Source: Eledone cirrhosa (Eukaryota). From it: a DNA stretch of 64,000 bases. The stretch is taken from positions 19,964,001 through 20,028,000 of the forward strand of contig OZ024751.1 of the NCBI GenBank assembly GCA_964016885.1, read 5' to 3'. Positions within the stretch are counted from its first letter, which is position 1. Each line of letters opens with the position of its first letter. The translations under genes and the position numbers were made by a program. Of this stretch, positions 41,533 to 54,563 are shown in pieces. The notes under the pieces are model-generated. The model had not been told where the DNA came from and made no database searches. It worked only from the letters and a program-made list of their open reading frames with translations.

Positions 41533-41894
41533 TACAAGGTATTAGACCCCGGAATTAACACCAGGTAATTTTTATTTTCATTTGGATTAAAATAATATAA
41601 CATCTTATCTAAAATATTCTACTATAGACTACAAGGAAATGACATTTTATAACACAATGACGACGTCACATTTTGTATATGAGTGTGTATATATCTATGA
41701 GTTTGTATACGCGTTCGTCACATACATTAGGCCTTTACATACACATACATCTCCAATTACATGTAATTTACACACACATACATCTCCACGTAAATATTTA
41801 ATCAAACACACAGAGAATTAAACACACACACACATCTACACATACATATGTTATGACTGACAAGTATATGTGTGTGAGTGTGTGTGAGGTTGAC

Positions 41895-42478
41895 TTTAAG
41901 AGGCTTCAGTTACCAGTCAAACTAAGTTTTATTATTTCAATTGTCGATTGGCGGTATCGGTAGAGGGTCGGACGCCATGCTTTAAAGCATAGAGTTACCT
42001 CCCTTTTTGATCTGAGTTCAAATCCCGCCGAGGTTAACTTTGCCTTTCATCCTTCCAGGGTCGATAAAATAAAGTACCAGTAATACACTGGGATAATTGC
42101 TGGCCTTGTGTCAAAAATAGAAACAATTATTTCAATTAACAAATCTCAGGGTCAATCCCTCAAGGTAGTTGGATTTGATCTCTCTACCACATTTTTCTCT
42201 CACAGCCAACTCTATGTTGGTTGCTCACGAGTTGGAAGCAGCAACAATTTATTCATTTGGAAACCAATAAAAAATTACACAATGAATATTGTTTGCCCTG
42301 GGGTGCTTCAAAATTGACAAATTTTCATTTCTAAATTCTATTATCATTACAATTTTGATATTTTTTTTAGAAATATTTTTTTGAAATAATTATGAGAAAA
42401 TTTATATATATCCATATTTATTGTATACTAATCTGAATAAGAGCAGCAGTAACCCGGGCAACGCCGGGTCATTCAGCA
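41895..42478 (+). mobile_element. 3' end of an autonomous Helitron (PIF1-like helicase C-terminus) interrupted by a SINE
   Basis: KRLQLPVKLSFIISI|NKSQGQSLKVVGFDLSTTFFSHSQLYVGCSRVG contains helicase motifs V and VI. The 3' hairpin CCCGGGCAACGCCGGG is at 42453-42468. Confidence 0.85.
41943..42125 (+). mobile_element. SINE family 1 with 12-bp TSD
   Basis: TSD ATTATTTCAATT at 41931-41942 and 42126-42137. Confidence 0.9.
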
Positions 42479-43264
42479 ATTCAAAGGTCTGGTCTTGTTA
42501 TATATTGCGTGACATAGAATCGGCTAGGGAAATACATTATGGATACACGTGTCAATAAAATTGTTTATCGCTTACACCAAACCTCACATATCGGACGACC
42601 AGTTAATTGATCCCCTGTATTACTATAAATATAACAATCTAAACATTTCTGTTGTAACCGAAAAAGGACAAATCTTCTGATGTGATTCCAACCATATACC
42701 TATCCTTTCTCAGTCGAGTTACCTATTACATCACAGCTTGGATGGGGGTCTACTGATTTTCTTGAAATAGTTTTTTTTTAATGCTTATCTGCTGTTTTAG
42801 CTGAACTTTCCCAATCTTTTCAAATGTCTCCACCTGTTTTAAAGATAACATGACTAAGACACACGACATGTTGGAAAAGTTCAATTAAAAAGCAGAAAAA
42901 TATTACACACTCACACATATGTGCACATTAAAATATCATACCCGCCTAATACACTCACATATTAATAATACACACTCACTCACACACATATACATATATA
43001 TCTGTATATATATATATATATGTATATGTGTGAGTACAGATAAACGTGTGTGTATGTATATAAATATACATACATATACATATATATACACTCATATACA
43101 CTCTTAGTAGGCTTGATATACAGAACAGGACTGGTACTTAAATAGAGCTTAATGCATGATGTGCTAGTGATTGGAGGCATGAACGCAGCAGTCAAGTGTG
43201 TGTATATATATATATATATATACATACATACATACATACATACATACATACATACATACATACA

Positions 43265-43296
<32 letters not shown>

Positions 43297-43428
43297 CATG
43301 CATATATCCATATATATATATATATATAAACATATATATATATATATATATATATGTTTATATATATATATATAATAGAAAAAATGAGGAAGTTTCGTTT
43401 ACATGTGAAAAATATTTATTGTTTATCG

Positions 43429-43520
43429 ACCTGTTACGCGCGTTTCGCAGAGTATTGGCTCAAAGTGACCCATAGGAGTTATGGACCCGACTCCAGTATC
43501 GATCTGCTCCTCAGACTGGT
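43429..43520 (-). ncRNA. Type-I hammerhead ribozyme with long stem II
   Basis: accagt-CTGAGGA-gcag...(hairpin)...ctgc-GAAA-cgcgcg-TA-acaggt, then AATAAA. Confidence 0.75.
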
Positions 43521-43680
43521 AATACGACAAAATATATATTTTTGTTGTGGTATGTGAGCCGAGAAGGTATACATATATATATATATATAGGCACCGCCCT
43601 ATTTTTTTGTGTGTGGGCGTTTGTGTGTATTTTGGTGTAATTGGTGGAGCAGCAATGCGGGTGTGTATTCACCGATATTC

Positions 43681-43791
<111 letters not shown>

Positions 43792-43794
43792 ATT

Positions 43795-43935
43795 ACGCAC
43801 CAGAGCACTCGATACTTTGGGTAGTAGAGTGGGTAATAGGAAAAGGTTAAGGACCCCGACGACAGAGCTCAAGTCGTTTCGACGGCTATTTCAGTCTGGA
43901 AAAGCTCTGCCATCGGGGTGGTCCTGAACCTTTTT

Positions 43936-43940
<5 letters not shown>
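43795..43940 (-). mobile_element. Family C fragment with fold-back
   Basis: Homologous to 19440-19605. Confidence 0.75.
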
Positions 43941-43995
<55 letters not shown>

Positions 43996-44149
43996 TACAT
44001 ACATACATACATACATACATACATACATACATACATACATACATACATACATACATACATACATACACACACCTATAGATACATATCAGTGATGTACTGG
44101 CGTTGATTAAATCAGCACCATTACATCACTGGTTCTTTAAAAAAAGAAA

Positions 44150-44361
44150 ATGGTTTCTGATTAAGGCACAAGGACAATCATTTTGGGGGTAGAGGAAAGT
44201 CGAATAAATCGACCCCAGTACATTACTGGTACTTTATTTTATCGACCCCGTAAGGATGAAAGGCAAAATTAACCTCGTTAGAGTTTGAACTCAGACCGTA
44301 AAGGTACTTAACTGTATGTCGCAGAGCATGTTGTCCGATGCTCTACCGATTCTGCCAATCC
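44150..44361 (-). mobile_element. SINE family 1 (long form)
   Basis: Reverse complement of the 56201-56417 type sequence. Confidence 0.8.
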
Positions 44362-44487
44362 AACTACGACAACAACGAGAACAACAACAATATGCTGAAC
44401 TCGAGGGGGATTTCTTTATTTTACACCGGTTGTATTGTTGGGGAGTTTATAAAACACCATTTATTTCTTCATTTCTTCAGAAATGTG

Positions 44488-44537
44488 ACAACAACAACAA
44501 CAAAAGAAAGCAAATGACAACAGGAAAACACAAACAA

Positions 44538-44580
<43 letters not shown>

Positions 44581-44607
44581 GAAACAACAACAACAACAAC
44601 AACATCC

Positions 44608-44650
<43 letters not shown>

Positions 44651-45157
44651 CAACATCCAACAACAACAACAACAACAACAACATCCAACAAAAACAACAC
44701 CCAACAACAACAGCAACAACATCCAACAACATCCAACAACAGCCAACAACAACAATAGCAACAACAGCCAACAATAACAACAACAACAACATCCAGCAAC
44801 AACACCCAACAACATCCAACAACAACAACAACAACAGCAACAACATCTAACAACAACAGCAACAACCACCACCACCAACAACAACATCAATAGCAACAAC
44901 ATCCAACAACAACAATAACAACAACAGCAACAACCACCACCAACAACAACAACAACAACAGCAACAGCAACAACAGCAACAACATCCAACAACAACAACC
45001 ACAACAACAGCAACAACATCAATAGCAACAAGATCCAACAACATCCAACAATAACAACAACAACAACATCCAACAACATCCAACAACATCCAGCAATGAC
45101 AACATCCAACAACAACAACATCCAACAACAGCCAACAACAACAATAGCAACAACAAT
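44488..45157. repeat. (CAA)n degenerate array
   Basis: Frame-shifting CATC interruptions are present. Confidence 0.9.
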
Positions 45158-46167
45158 TGCGCTTCACTGCATAAGTATAGAAGAAAACTAAATTGGTTTG
45201 CTAGCGTAACTAAATATCAGGAGCCTTCAATGAAACGATGACACCATTTCTTTAGCTGATTATAAGGGGACACTCAAAAGGAAATTCGTCCAGGTGCTGG
45301 CTGCTACATACCACAACTGTTCCTTGTTTTATCACCTAACATAAACCCTCGAAAAGTCTCACCATGACCTCACCTCCTGCCTCCGCCGGTGGCGCTAATG
45401 TGTGTATTCTTATGTGCGTGTGTATTTCTTTTTGTAATTTTTTCGTTAGATTTATGCTTTCATTTATTTATTTATTTATTTATTTGTTTGTTTGTTTTTC
45501 TGTGTGTTTGTTTGTTTTTCTGTGTGTTTGTTTGTTTTTCTGTGTGTTTGTTTGTTTTCTCACCTCACATAAACCCTTAAAAAGTAGGGCGACCCCGCCA
45601 CTTGCCGCCGGCGGTATGCGTTTCTGTATATGAGTATGTGTTGGTTTTTTTCTCATCGCTTCTTTCATTTTCTTGTTGTATCTACGTCTATTTATTTATA
45701 GTTTATATTTATCTATCTATCTATGTAGTTGTTAGTCTGTAGGATTCACATTCAAAGAAAAGGAACAACCACAACAACATCAAAAAAACAACCTAAAATA
45801 AGATAGTATACATACTCCTTCTACATACATTAGCCAACATAACCGTATTGATTTCCTTTGAAGTTTCGATCTATTGATCTTTCCAGTATGGTCGGTGCAC
45901 GCATCAACTGCCACGCTCTCATTCACAACATTATTAGTTACAATCCAATCAACGAAGCGATCCTCTATGTGGTTGCTAGACCCGTTAAGAAATGGCAGTC
46001 AAATCTAACTGGCAGTGGCAGATTAAAGAAGGGTGTAAGATTGGGTTGTAGCCGTGTGTCCATAATAAATTTCGTTCGGGATGAAGGGATTCCCTTTCAC
46101 TGAATTGATCAACTTATTTATTAGCTCAAATAAACAAATGTGCAGTGAATTCTGTTATACATATAAG

Positions 46168-46381
46168 GATCGATCGACTTTCGTCAAATCGGACCGAAGA
46201 AACAATGTTTCCGTTGGTCTTTCCAGTTGCTAGTACTATCTATCGGTTGCAACTCCAGGTAGAAGGAGCAACGTGAAATAAATTGCCTTGCTCAACGACA
46301 TAACGCATCGCCCGGTCCAGGAATCGAACTCACAACCTCAAGATTGTGAATCCAATTCTCAAACCACTCAGCCACACGCCT
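46168..46381 (-). mobile_element. SINE family 2, near full length
   Basis: Minus strand GGCGTGTGGCTGAGTGG (A box), GAGTTCGATTCC (B box) and TTGAGCAAGGCAATTTATTTCACG core. Confidence 0.85.
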
Positions 46382-46469
46382 TCACTGTTATACATATATA
46401 AAGAATAAATAACACTTCCACCAAGCGAGAACCTGATACAACTGTGTATAAATTGCCTCGTGTGTTTCG

Positions 46470-46515
<46 letters not shown>

Positions 46516-46615
46516 AAGAGATGGCAACATGAATGGACCTGTTATTTTTCTCTAATATCATCTTTTTTCCAATTCCACTCCACCCATCCCTTCAATCTTT
46601 CTATTTTATCATTCT

Positions 46616-46653
46616 TTCTTCTGATGAAGGAGTAGCGCCCGAAACGTTAAGAA
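46616..46653 (+). ncRNA. Minimal type-I hammerhead ribozyme
   Basis: ttctt-CTGATGA-aggagtagcgccc-GAAA-cg-TT-aagaa. Same family as 7875-7910 with stem II partly decayed. Confidence 0.7.
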
Positions 46654-46904
46654 CATCTTCCTGCTATTTCAAGCGTTAACCTAATATATTCCTTCCATTT
46701 ACTGTACCGATTGTGTTGTTATTTCTGTTTAACTTTCACACACACACACACACACATATATACATACATACATACATGCATACATACATACATACATACA
46801 TACATACATACATACATACATACATACATACATACTCACATACATACATACATACATACATACATACATACATACATACATACATACATACATACATACA
46901 TACA

Positions 46905-47250
46905 AACGTTGTCAGAAAAATACAGGAGAAGGAGGACATCTACGGATCATCGATGAGGAGTTTACAAATCCAGTATCCAAGATACACCTTTAGCTTCATA
47001 CCCATCATTATTGGTGCTACTGGTTATATACCAACCCGCTTGGACCAAAGTATGACTGAACTTGGATTTGCGGACAAAGAGCGCAGCTCCCTAATCCATA
47101 GTCTACAAATGGCTGCGATAGCTAGCACCTTCAAAATTTGTAAAACATTCTTGCGATTCAAGGGATGACCATTTCTTTTCTTTTACAACCTTCCCACCAG
47201 GAAGGTGGCCAGTCAAAAAAATATACTCTAAATTAAGAGAAAGAGATAAC
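46905..47250 (+). mobile_element. 5'-truncated R4/Dong-like RLE non-LTR retrotransposon in (CATA)n
   Basis: NVVRKIQEKEDIYG...FIPIIIGATGYIPTRL...ELGF...LQMAAIASTFKICKTFL* is an RLE C-terminal pattern. It begins at the end of (CATA)n and is followed by ACATACAT. Confidence 0.75.
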
Positions 47251-47322
47251 ATACATATATATATATATATATAAAGAAGAACAAAACGAGGGTTCACATT
47301 GAAGTTTGTATTGATTAAGCTT

Positions 47323-47407
47323 AGTTACGAACATTTCACTCATGAGTGGCTCAAGATCCATATTTGTGTTATAGATCCGACTCCAGCTCCAATCTACTCA
47401 TCAGACT
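47323..47407 (-). ncRNA. Hammerhead motif, diverged relative of 43429-43520
   Basis: agt-CTGATGA-gtag...ggagtcggatctataac...tatggatcttgagcc...GAAA-tgttcg-TA-act. Confidence 0.55.
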
Positions 47408-47465
47408 TGTTAATCAAAACTACTAAATCACCTAATCATACACACGCAGACACACACACACACAC

Positions 47466-47592
47466 ACCCAACGTACACGGAAATTAATAGTAACGACCTT
47501 AATGAATCGAAACTAAAGCGATTTCCAAAGTTTGGCTGAATTAATAGGACTGTTCGATTTTTCTGTTTTTTCCCGTAATTTTTCCACACACC

Positions 47593-47624
<32 letters not shown>

Positions 47625-47724
47625 ACCGGAAAACGGACAGTCCTATTAATTCAGTCACACTTTGGAAATCGCTTCAGTTTCGATTCATTAAGGTCGTTAC
47701 TATTAATTCCTGTGTACATTGGGT
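47466..47724. repeat. Inverted repeat (~95 bp arms) around a (CA)/(TA) spacer, MITE-like
   Basis: AATTAATAGTAACGACCTTAATGAATCGAAACT... / ...AGTTTCGATTCATTAAGGTCGTTACTATTAATT. Confidence 0.8.
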
Positions 47725-48152
47725 CGCAACAAAACGGATGGAGATAAAGAGGGGACAAGCTATTCCTTTCGGTGAATTACACAAAGTTGAAAAAGGAAAA
47801 ATTGTTCTAAACCAAACCACGTCACCTGAAAAAGACTGAAAAAGAAGGGAAAATATATATCTATATTGATCTTGTGTCGCAAGTTTTATTTTATCAGAGG
47901 CCTGTAAGATAACCTTTGGGCCTAGAATTTTTTTTTAGGAAGACCTTAACGTCACGTGGACAGCTGTCATCCGCCATATAATATTATTTTAGTTGTCGCC
48001 CTTGATAACAATATCAGATCAGTTACGCTTTAAATTGTTTGCTGTCAGATTATATTTTCTAGGTAGAACCAATGTTAGATTGGAACAAATATAGACGAAT
48101 GATAACATAAATGTGTGTGTGCATACATATATATATATATATATATATTTAC

Positions 48153-48185
<33 letters not shown>

Positions 48186-48196
48186 ATATAAACGCA

Positions 48197-48347
<151 letters not shown>

Positions 48348-48599
48348 GTATATATATACCTATATTTGAAAGATAAGATTGTCTTTTATGATGGTTCTTA
48401 CTTTTTTATGATCGAATATTTTACAAAATATATATTTCCATACATACACATACATACACAGACATATATACACACATACACGTACGTACGTTCATACATA
48501 CATACATACACACATACATACATACATACATACACACATACATACATACATAGCATATACACATGCACACATACAACTCAAAACATCCACATCCACACA

Positions 48600-48965
48600 T
48601 ACAATAACATCCATATCTACACATGCATACATACATATCTACCTAGTTGATGTTGTGTAAATTCCAATGAGAGAGTCTTGTGTCTATGTTAGAAACTGAC
48701 TCTCTCTCTATTGGGAAATAATTTGTGAAATTATAAAACCAGAAGAACATACATACATACATACATACATACACACATACACACATACACACGTACACAC
48801 ATACACACAATAACATCCATATCTACACATGCATACATAATACATATCTACCTACCTAGTTGATGTTGTGTAAATTCCAATAAGAAAGTCTTGTGTCTAT
48901 GTTAGAAACCGACTCTCTCTCTATTGGGAAATAATTTATGAAATTATAAAACCAGAAGAACATAC
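48600..48965 (+). repeat. Two tandem copies of a ~150-bp element ending at (CATA)n
   Basis: CTAGTTGATGTTG...TGTCTATGTTAGAAAC...AAACCAGAAGAA-CATAC. A third copy is at 56695-56870. Confidence 0.8.
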
Positions 48966-49004
48966 AAACATACACACATAAACACATACACACATACATA
49001 CATA

Positions 49005-49036
<32 letters not shown>

Positions 49037-49147
49037 TACATACATACATACATACATACATACACACATACATACATACATACATACATACATACATACA
49101 CACATACACACATACATACATACATACATACATGCATACATACATAC

Positions 49148-50270
49148 ATGATGATGATGGCTGCCCCCTCGTTATCGAGTTTGGCCATTACACGATATAC
49201 CATTATTAATTAATTCTATCGTGCAATGCCTGTGCGTGAAGATATTTTTTAAAGTGAGGAAAGACTGTGCACTGAGCCAATACCACTCTCTAAGCGACAG
49301 TAGCTATAACCCGAAAAGAAGAAAAGATCAACATCATCGGTAACTACTGAGCCGCAGTTTTTATATCGGAGTTATCCCAGTTTCCTGAGTTGCCTTCTCC
49401 TACATACATACATACATACATACATACATACATACATACATACATACATACATACATACATACATACATACATACATACATGGTGGTGGCTGCCAACTCG
49501 TTTTCGAGTACGGCCACTACTTTATATCCATGTAGGAGAACTCCCACCGATGCGCTGAACGAGTGTGACTTTTTAGTCCAGCCAGCGACTTGAAAACTCT
49601 GGTACAAACACTACACTTGTGACAATTATTGACACATAGTGCTGGGCCCATGGTACCATGTGACGACAAGTGCAGAGAGATCTCCAGATATAAAGCAATG
49701 CCTGTGCCGTGAAGCTTTTATAGTGAGCAAAGGCACTGCACAAAGACAGTCCCACTCTCTTAACCAAGATGATATTTACCAAAAAGAAGAACAAGTCAAC
49801 ATCATTGGATACCATCAGAGTTGCATGTATTATATCAGAGTTTTCCTTCATACATACATACATACATACATACATACATACATACATACATACATACATA
49901 CATGGTGGTGACTGCCAACTCATTTTCGAGTACGGCCACTACTTTATATCCATGTAGGAGAACCCCTACCGATGCGCTGAACGAGTGTGACTTTTTAGTC
50001 CAGCCAGCGACTTGAAAACTCTGTTACAAACACTACACTTGTGACAATTATTGACACATAGTGCTGGGCCCATGGTACCATGTCACGACAAGTGCAGAGA
50101 GATCTCCAGATATAAAGCAATGCCTGTGCCGTGAAGCTTTTATAGTGAGCAAAGGCACTGCACAAAGCCAGTCCCACTCTCTTAACCAAGATGATATTTA
50201 CCAAAAAGAAGAACAAGTCAACATCATTGGATACCATCAGAGTTGCAGGTATTATATCAGAGTTTTCCTT
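49148..50270 (-). mobile_element. Cluster of (CATA)n-embedded elements: B (49148-49400), A (49480-49848), A (49902-50270)
   Basis: Homologous to 21097-22145. Units are separated by (CATA)n. Confidence 0.85.
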
Positions 50271-50576
50271 CATACATACATACATACATACATACATACA
50301 TACATACATACATACATACATACATACATACATACATACATAAACCTAAGTAAGCCTAGAATATTTATTCCGGATTTCAGCTGGTCGGATAAAAAGATCG
50401 GGTTAAATGTAGAATCTCGAATCAGTGGTGATCGGATTTTAGGTTAAATAACAGATTCCGGATTTAAGTAGTCGTGTGAGTTAGCTGACATAATCATAGC
50501 TTAAAACACCCAGCCGGAAGTATATATATTTATTATATATAAGCATTGTATATGTCTTCATATACATCTCAACGGC

Positions 50577-50705
50577 CCTTGCCATTCTGAGTTCAAATTC
50601 CACCGAGGATAATTTTGCCTTTCATCCTTACGAGGTCGATAAAATAAAGTACCAGTAATACACTGTGATAAATGCTGGCCTTGCGCCAAAAGTAGAAACA
50701 ATTAT
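50577..50705 (+). mobile_element. SINE family 1 (partial)
   Basis: Core and tail match other copies. Confidence 0.8.
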
Positions 50706-51000
50706 TTGTAATTATATATGGTTGTATATATGTTTATGTGTGTGAGTGTGTGTGAGTGTGTGTGAGTGTGTGTGTGTATATATATATGTATGTATGTATT
50801 TATGTATATATGTTTATATGTGTGTGTATATATGTATGTATTTTTGTATATATGTATATAAGTGTGTAGTTATATATGTATGTATGTATATGTGTGTGTA
50901 TTTATATATGTATGTATGTATGTTTCTGTGTGTGTATATATATGTATGTATATATTTTTATCTGTATGTATGTATATATGTATGTATATATGTATGTATT

Positions 51001-51107
51001 TGGGTGGCTGGACTAAAAAGTCACACTCGTTCAGCGCATCGGTGGGGGTTCTCCTACATGGATATAAAGTAGTGGCCGTACTCGAAAACGAGTTGGCAGC
51101 CACCATG
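51001..51107 (+). mobile_element. Family A short copy in opposite orientation within (TATG)-rich DNA
   Basis: Reverse complement of 49480-49585. Confidence 0.8.
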
Positions 51108-51247
51108 TACTTATGTATGTACGTATGTGTGCATACATAACGTATGTATGAATGTACGTATGAAGATGTATGTACATACGTACGCTCCGTTGCCTGTCTC
51201 GGTATGTATGCATATATACATGTATGTATGTATGCATGTACAATGAA

Positions 51248-51327
<80 letters not shown>

Positions 51328-51523
51328 CAAGTATTTATGTATGTATGTATTGTGTCTTGACAAACGTCTGAGGCTGGTTGCTGCTCAGTATGGTACGAAA
51401 CAACAGGAAATGTGAAACATGAAACATAAATATGGTAGAAAGCTATCAAGGAGAATCTGGCCGACATGCTTATATAAGACTTAACAATAAACAGTATGTT
51501 GTCAGACTGACAAGGGAAAGGAA

Positions 51524-51613
<90 letters not shown>

Positions 51614-51767
51614 ATATATTATATATATTATATATTATATATATAATATATATATTATATATATATATATAATATATATATTATATATATATATATAATA
51701 TATATATTATATATATATATATAATATATATTATATATATATATATAATATATATATTATATATATA

Positions 51768-51839
<72 letters not shown>

Positions 51840-51870
51840 ATATAATATATATATTATATATATAATATAT

Positions 51871-51963
<93 letters not shown>

Positions 51964-52010
51964 TATATATATAATATATATATTATATATATTATATATG
52001 TAATATATAT

Positions 52011-52138
<128 letters not shown>

Positions 52139-52421
52139 TGCCGGATTAGTGGTGGTCGCGTTTTAGATTAACTATTAGATGCCGGATCAACTATGGTGGT
52201 ATAAATGTCGTCCTCCATCGAGTGGGTGGTGGACCGGGTGGAACTATTAAAATCCTTCTTCCGGTAGATTCGTTTACAAATATATACATATATACACACA
52301 TAATTTTATATATATATATATATATACACACATATATAATTTTATATATATATACACACACATATCATTTTATATATATATACACACACATATAATTTTA
52401 TATATATATACACACACACAC

Positions 52422-52482
<61 letters not shown>

Positions 52483-52834
52483 TACATATATATAGTAATA
52501 ATAATACATTTGAAGACTAAAATCCAAGGAGGGCTCGATAAGGATTAATATATATCAAATATATAAGAACCGTAGAGCAAATATTTATTAAAATAACAGA
52601 TTATTTTAATAAATATATATATATATATATATATGTAGATAAATCTACCAAGAGTTTACGGTAGTGTCCAATCCGTATGAAGAACTCAATGTATTCCGGA
52701 TATCATGGAAAGAAGAGATGTAATGAAAAATCACTTTCGGTGAAAGATAAACGGTATACAGAGTCAAGATAAAATATTAAACAAATAATGAATAAACAAT
52801 GAAACAGTTCCTTATATTAAACAAAAAAAGTTCA

Positions 52835-52980
52835 TTATTTAACGATCGTTTCTAGGATATATATGTGTTAGAATTGGCATGCATATTCAACAGATCTATG
52901 TACAAAATTATACAAAATTATACAAACTATCAAGATTAAATATACATACCAACACATATATACGCCGTCTTCAGAAATAA
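52835..52980 (-). ncRNA. Type-I hammerhead ribozyme with ~115-nt stem II
   Basis: ttattt-CTGAAGA-cggcg-tatatatgtgttgg...ctaacacatatata-tccta-GAAA-cgatcg-TT-aaataa. Confidence 0.7.
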
Positions 52981-53199
52981 TGAAATATATTTATTGATAA
53001 TAACAACAATTCAAAATTTCAGGTCCGTTTGGGAACAAAATTGACCAATGAAAATACAAAAGGTTTAATGCAGTTCGGTGTGTGTATATACATGTAACTA
53101 CCCTTACACATATTTTACAAAAATGTATGCACAACCTATATATATATATATAACAAAAATGTATGCACAACCTATATATATATATATATATATATATAT

Positions 53200-53412
53200 A
53201 GGAAAAGTGTTCAGGATCCCGACGGCTGAGCTCCGGCCGTTTAGACAGTAGACTCTTTTCCTATTAGCCACTCTACTACTCTAAGTATCGAGTACTCTGG
53301 TGCGTTATGGTCCACCTGGTTCCTTACCACACTTTCTTCGTTTATATATATATATATATGTAAGTATGTATGTATACGTACATACATATATGTATACAGA
53401 CGTACAGTAGCA

Positions 53413-53502
<90 letters not shown>

Positions 53503-53751
53503 TGCTACTGTACGTCTGTATACATATATGTATGTACGTATACATACATACTTACATTTAAGTAAGTGCCATACTAAGAGTGAGAAATGAAATTTCGTTT
53601 TCATTTTTACCGAAACCGGTAAAGGAACCAAATAAATATATATTTTTTATAAAAAAAGACTCCAGTTGCATTTTCGATTTCTTCTTTTTTCCTTATACTT
53701 TCACTCGTGTAGGACACCTCGTTTTTTTTTTATTTTGTAAAAAAACCTCAC

Positions 53752-53801
<50 letters not shown>

Positions 53802-54049
53802 GTGAGGTTTTTTTACAAAATAAAAATAAACGAGGTGTCCTACACGAGTGAAAGTATAAGGAAAAAAGAAGAAATCGAAAATGCAACTGGAGTCTTTTTT
53901 TATAAAAAATATATATTTATTTGGTTCCTTTACCGGTTTCGGTAAAAATGAAAACGAAATTTCATTTCTCACTCTTAGTATGGCACTTACTTAAATGTAA
54001 GTATGTATGTATACGTACATACATATATGTATACAGACGTACAGTAGCA

Positions 54050-54132
<83 letters not shown>

Positions 54133-54247
54133 GGCTTGAGCTCTGCCGTCGGGGTAATACTTTTTCCTATTACCCACTCTACTACCCTAAGTATTGAGTA
54201 CTCTGGTGCGTTATGGTCCATCCGGTTCCTTACCACAATTCCTTCGT

Positions 54248-54250
<3 letters not shown>
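53200..54250. repeat. Chained inverted repeats around (TA)n tracts, bracketed by family C fragments
   Basis: Arms 53358-53416 / 53499-53557 and 53499-53757 / 53796-54053. Family C at 53200-53342 and 54131-54250. Confidence 0.9.
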
Positions 54251-54294
<44 letters not shown>

Positions 54295-54563
54295 ATGTAT
54301 CATATATCTCTCTCTCTATATATATATATATAACGTGTGCATGTTTTATGATCGATGCGTACAGTTGACTTCTCAGGTTGATTGCGCGAAACCTTTACAT
54401 CCGACTCTATAAATATTGTTTACTTAACTTTACATATGTCGACCATATAGTTCACTACAGACTTCCGTACACAGAGGGTGTGTTGAGAACTGTAATGCTT
54501 TGTGACGCAATATAAACAAAACCAGTAGGTACATAAACTTATATGTATGTATGTATATAGATA

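Noticed and set aside
42108-42317. Host PIF1 helicase exon
   Set aside because: It is interrupted by a SINE and followed by a Helitron 3' hairpin, so it is transposon-derived.
44316-44777. 153-aa N/Q-rich ORF as a prion-like protein
   Set aside because: It starts inside a SINE and runs through a degenerate (CAA)n tract with frame switches.
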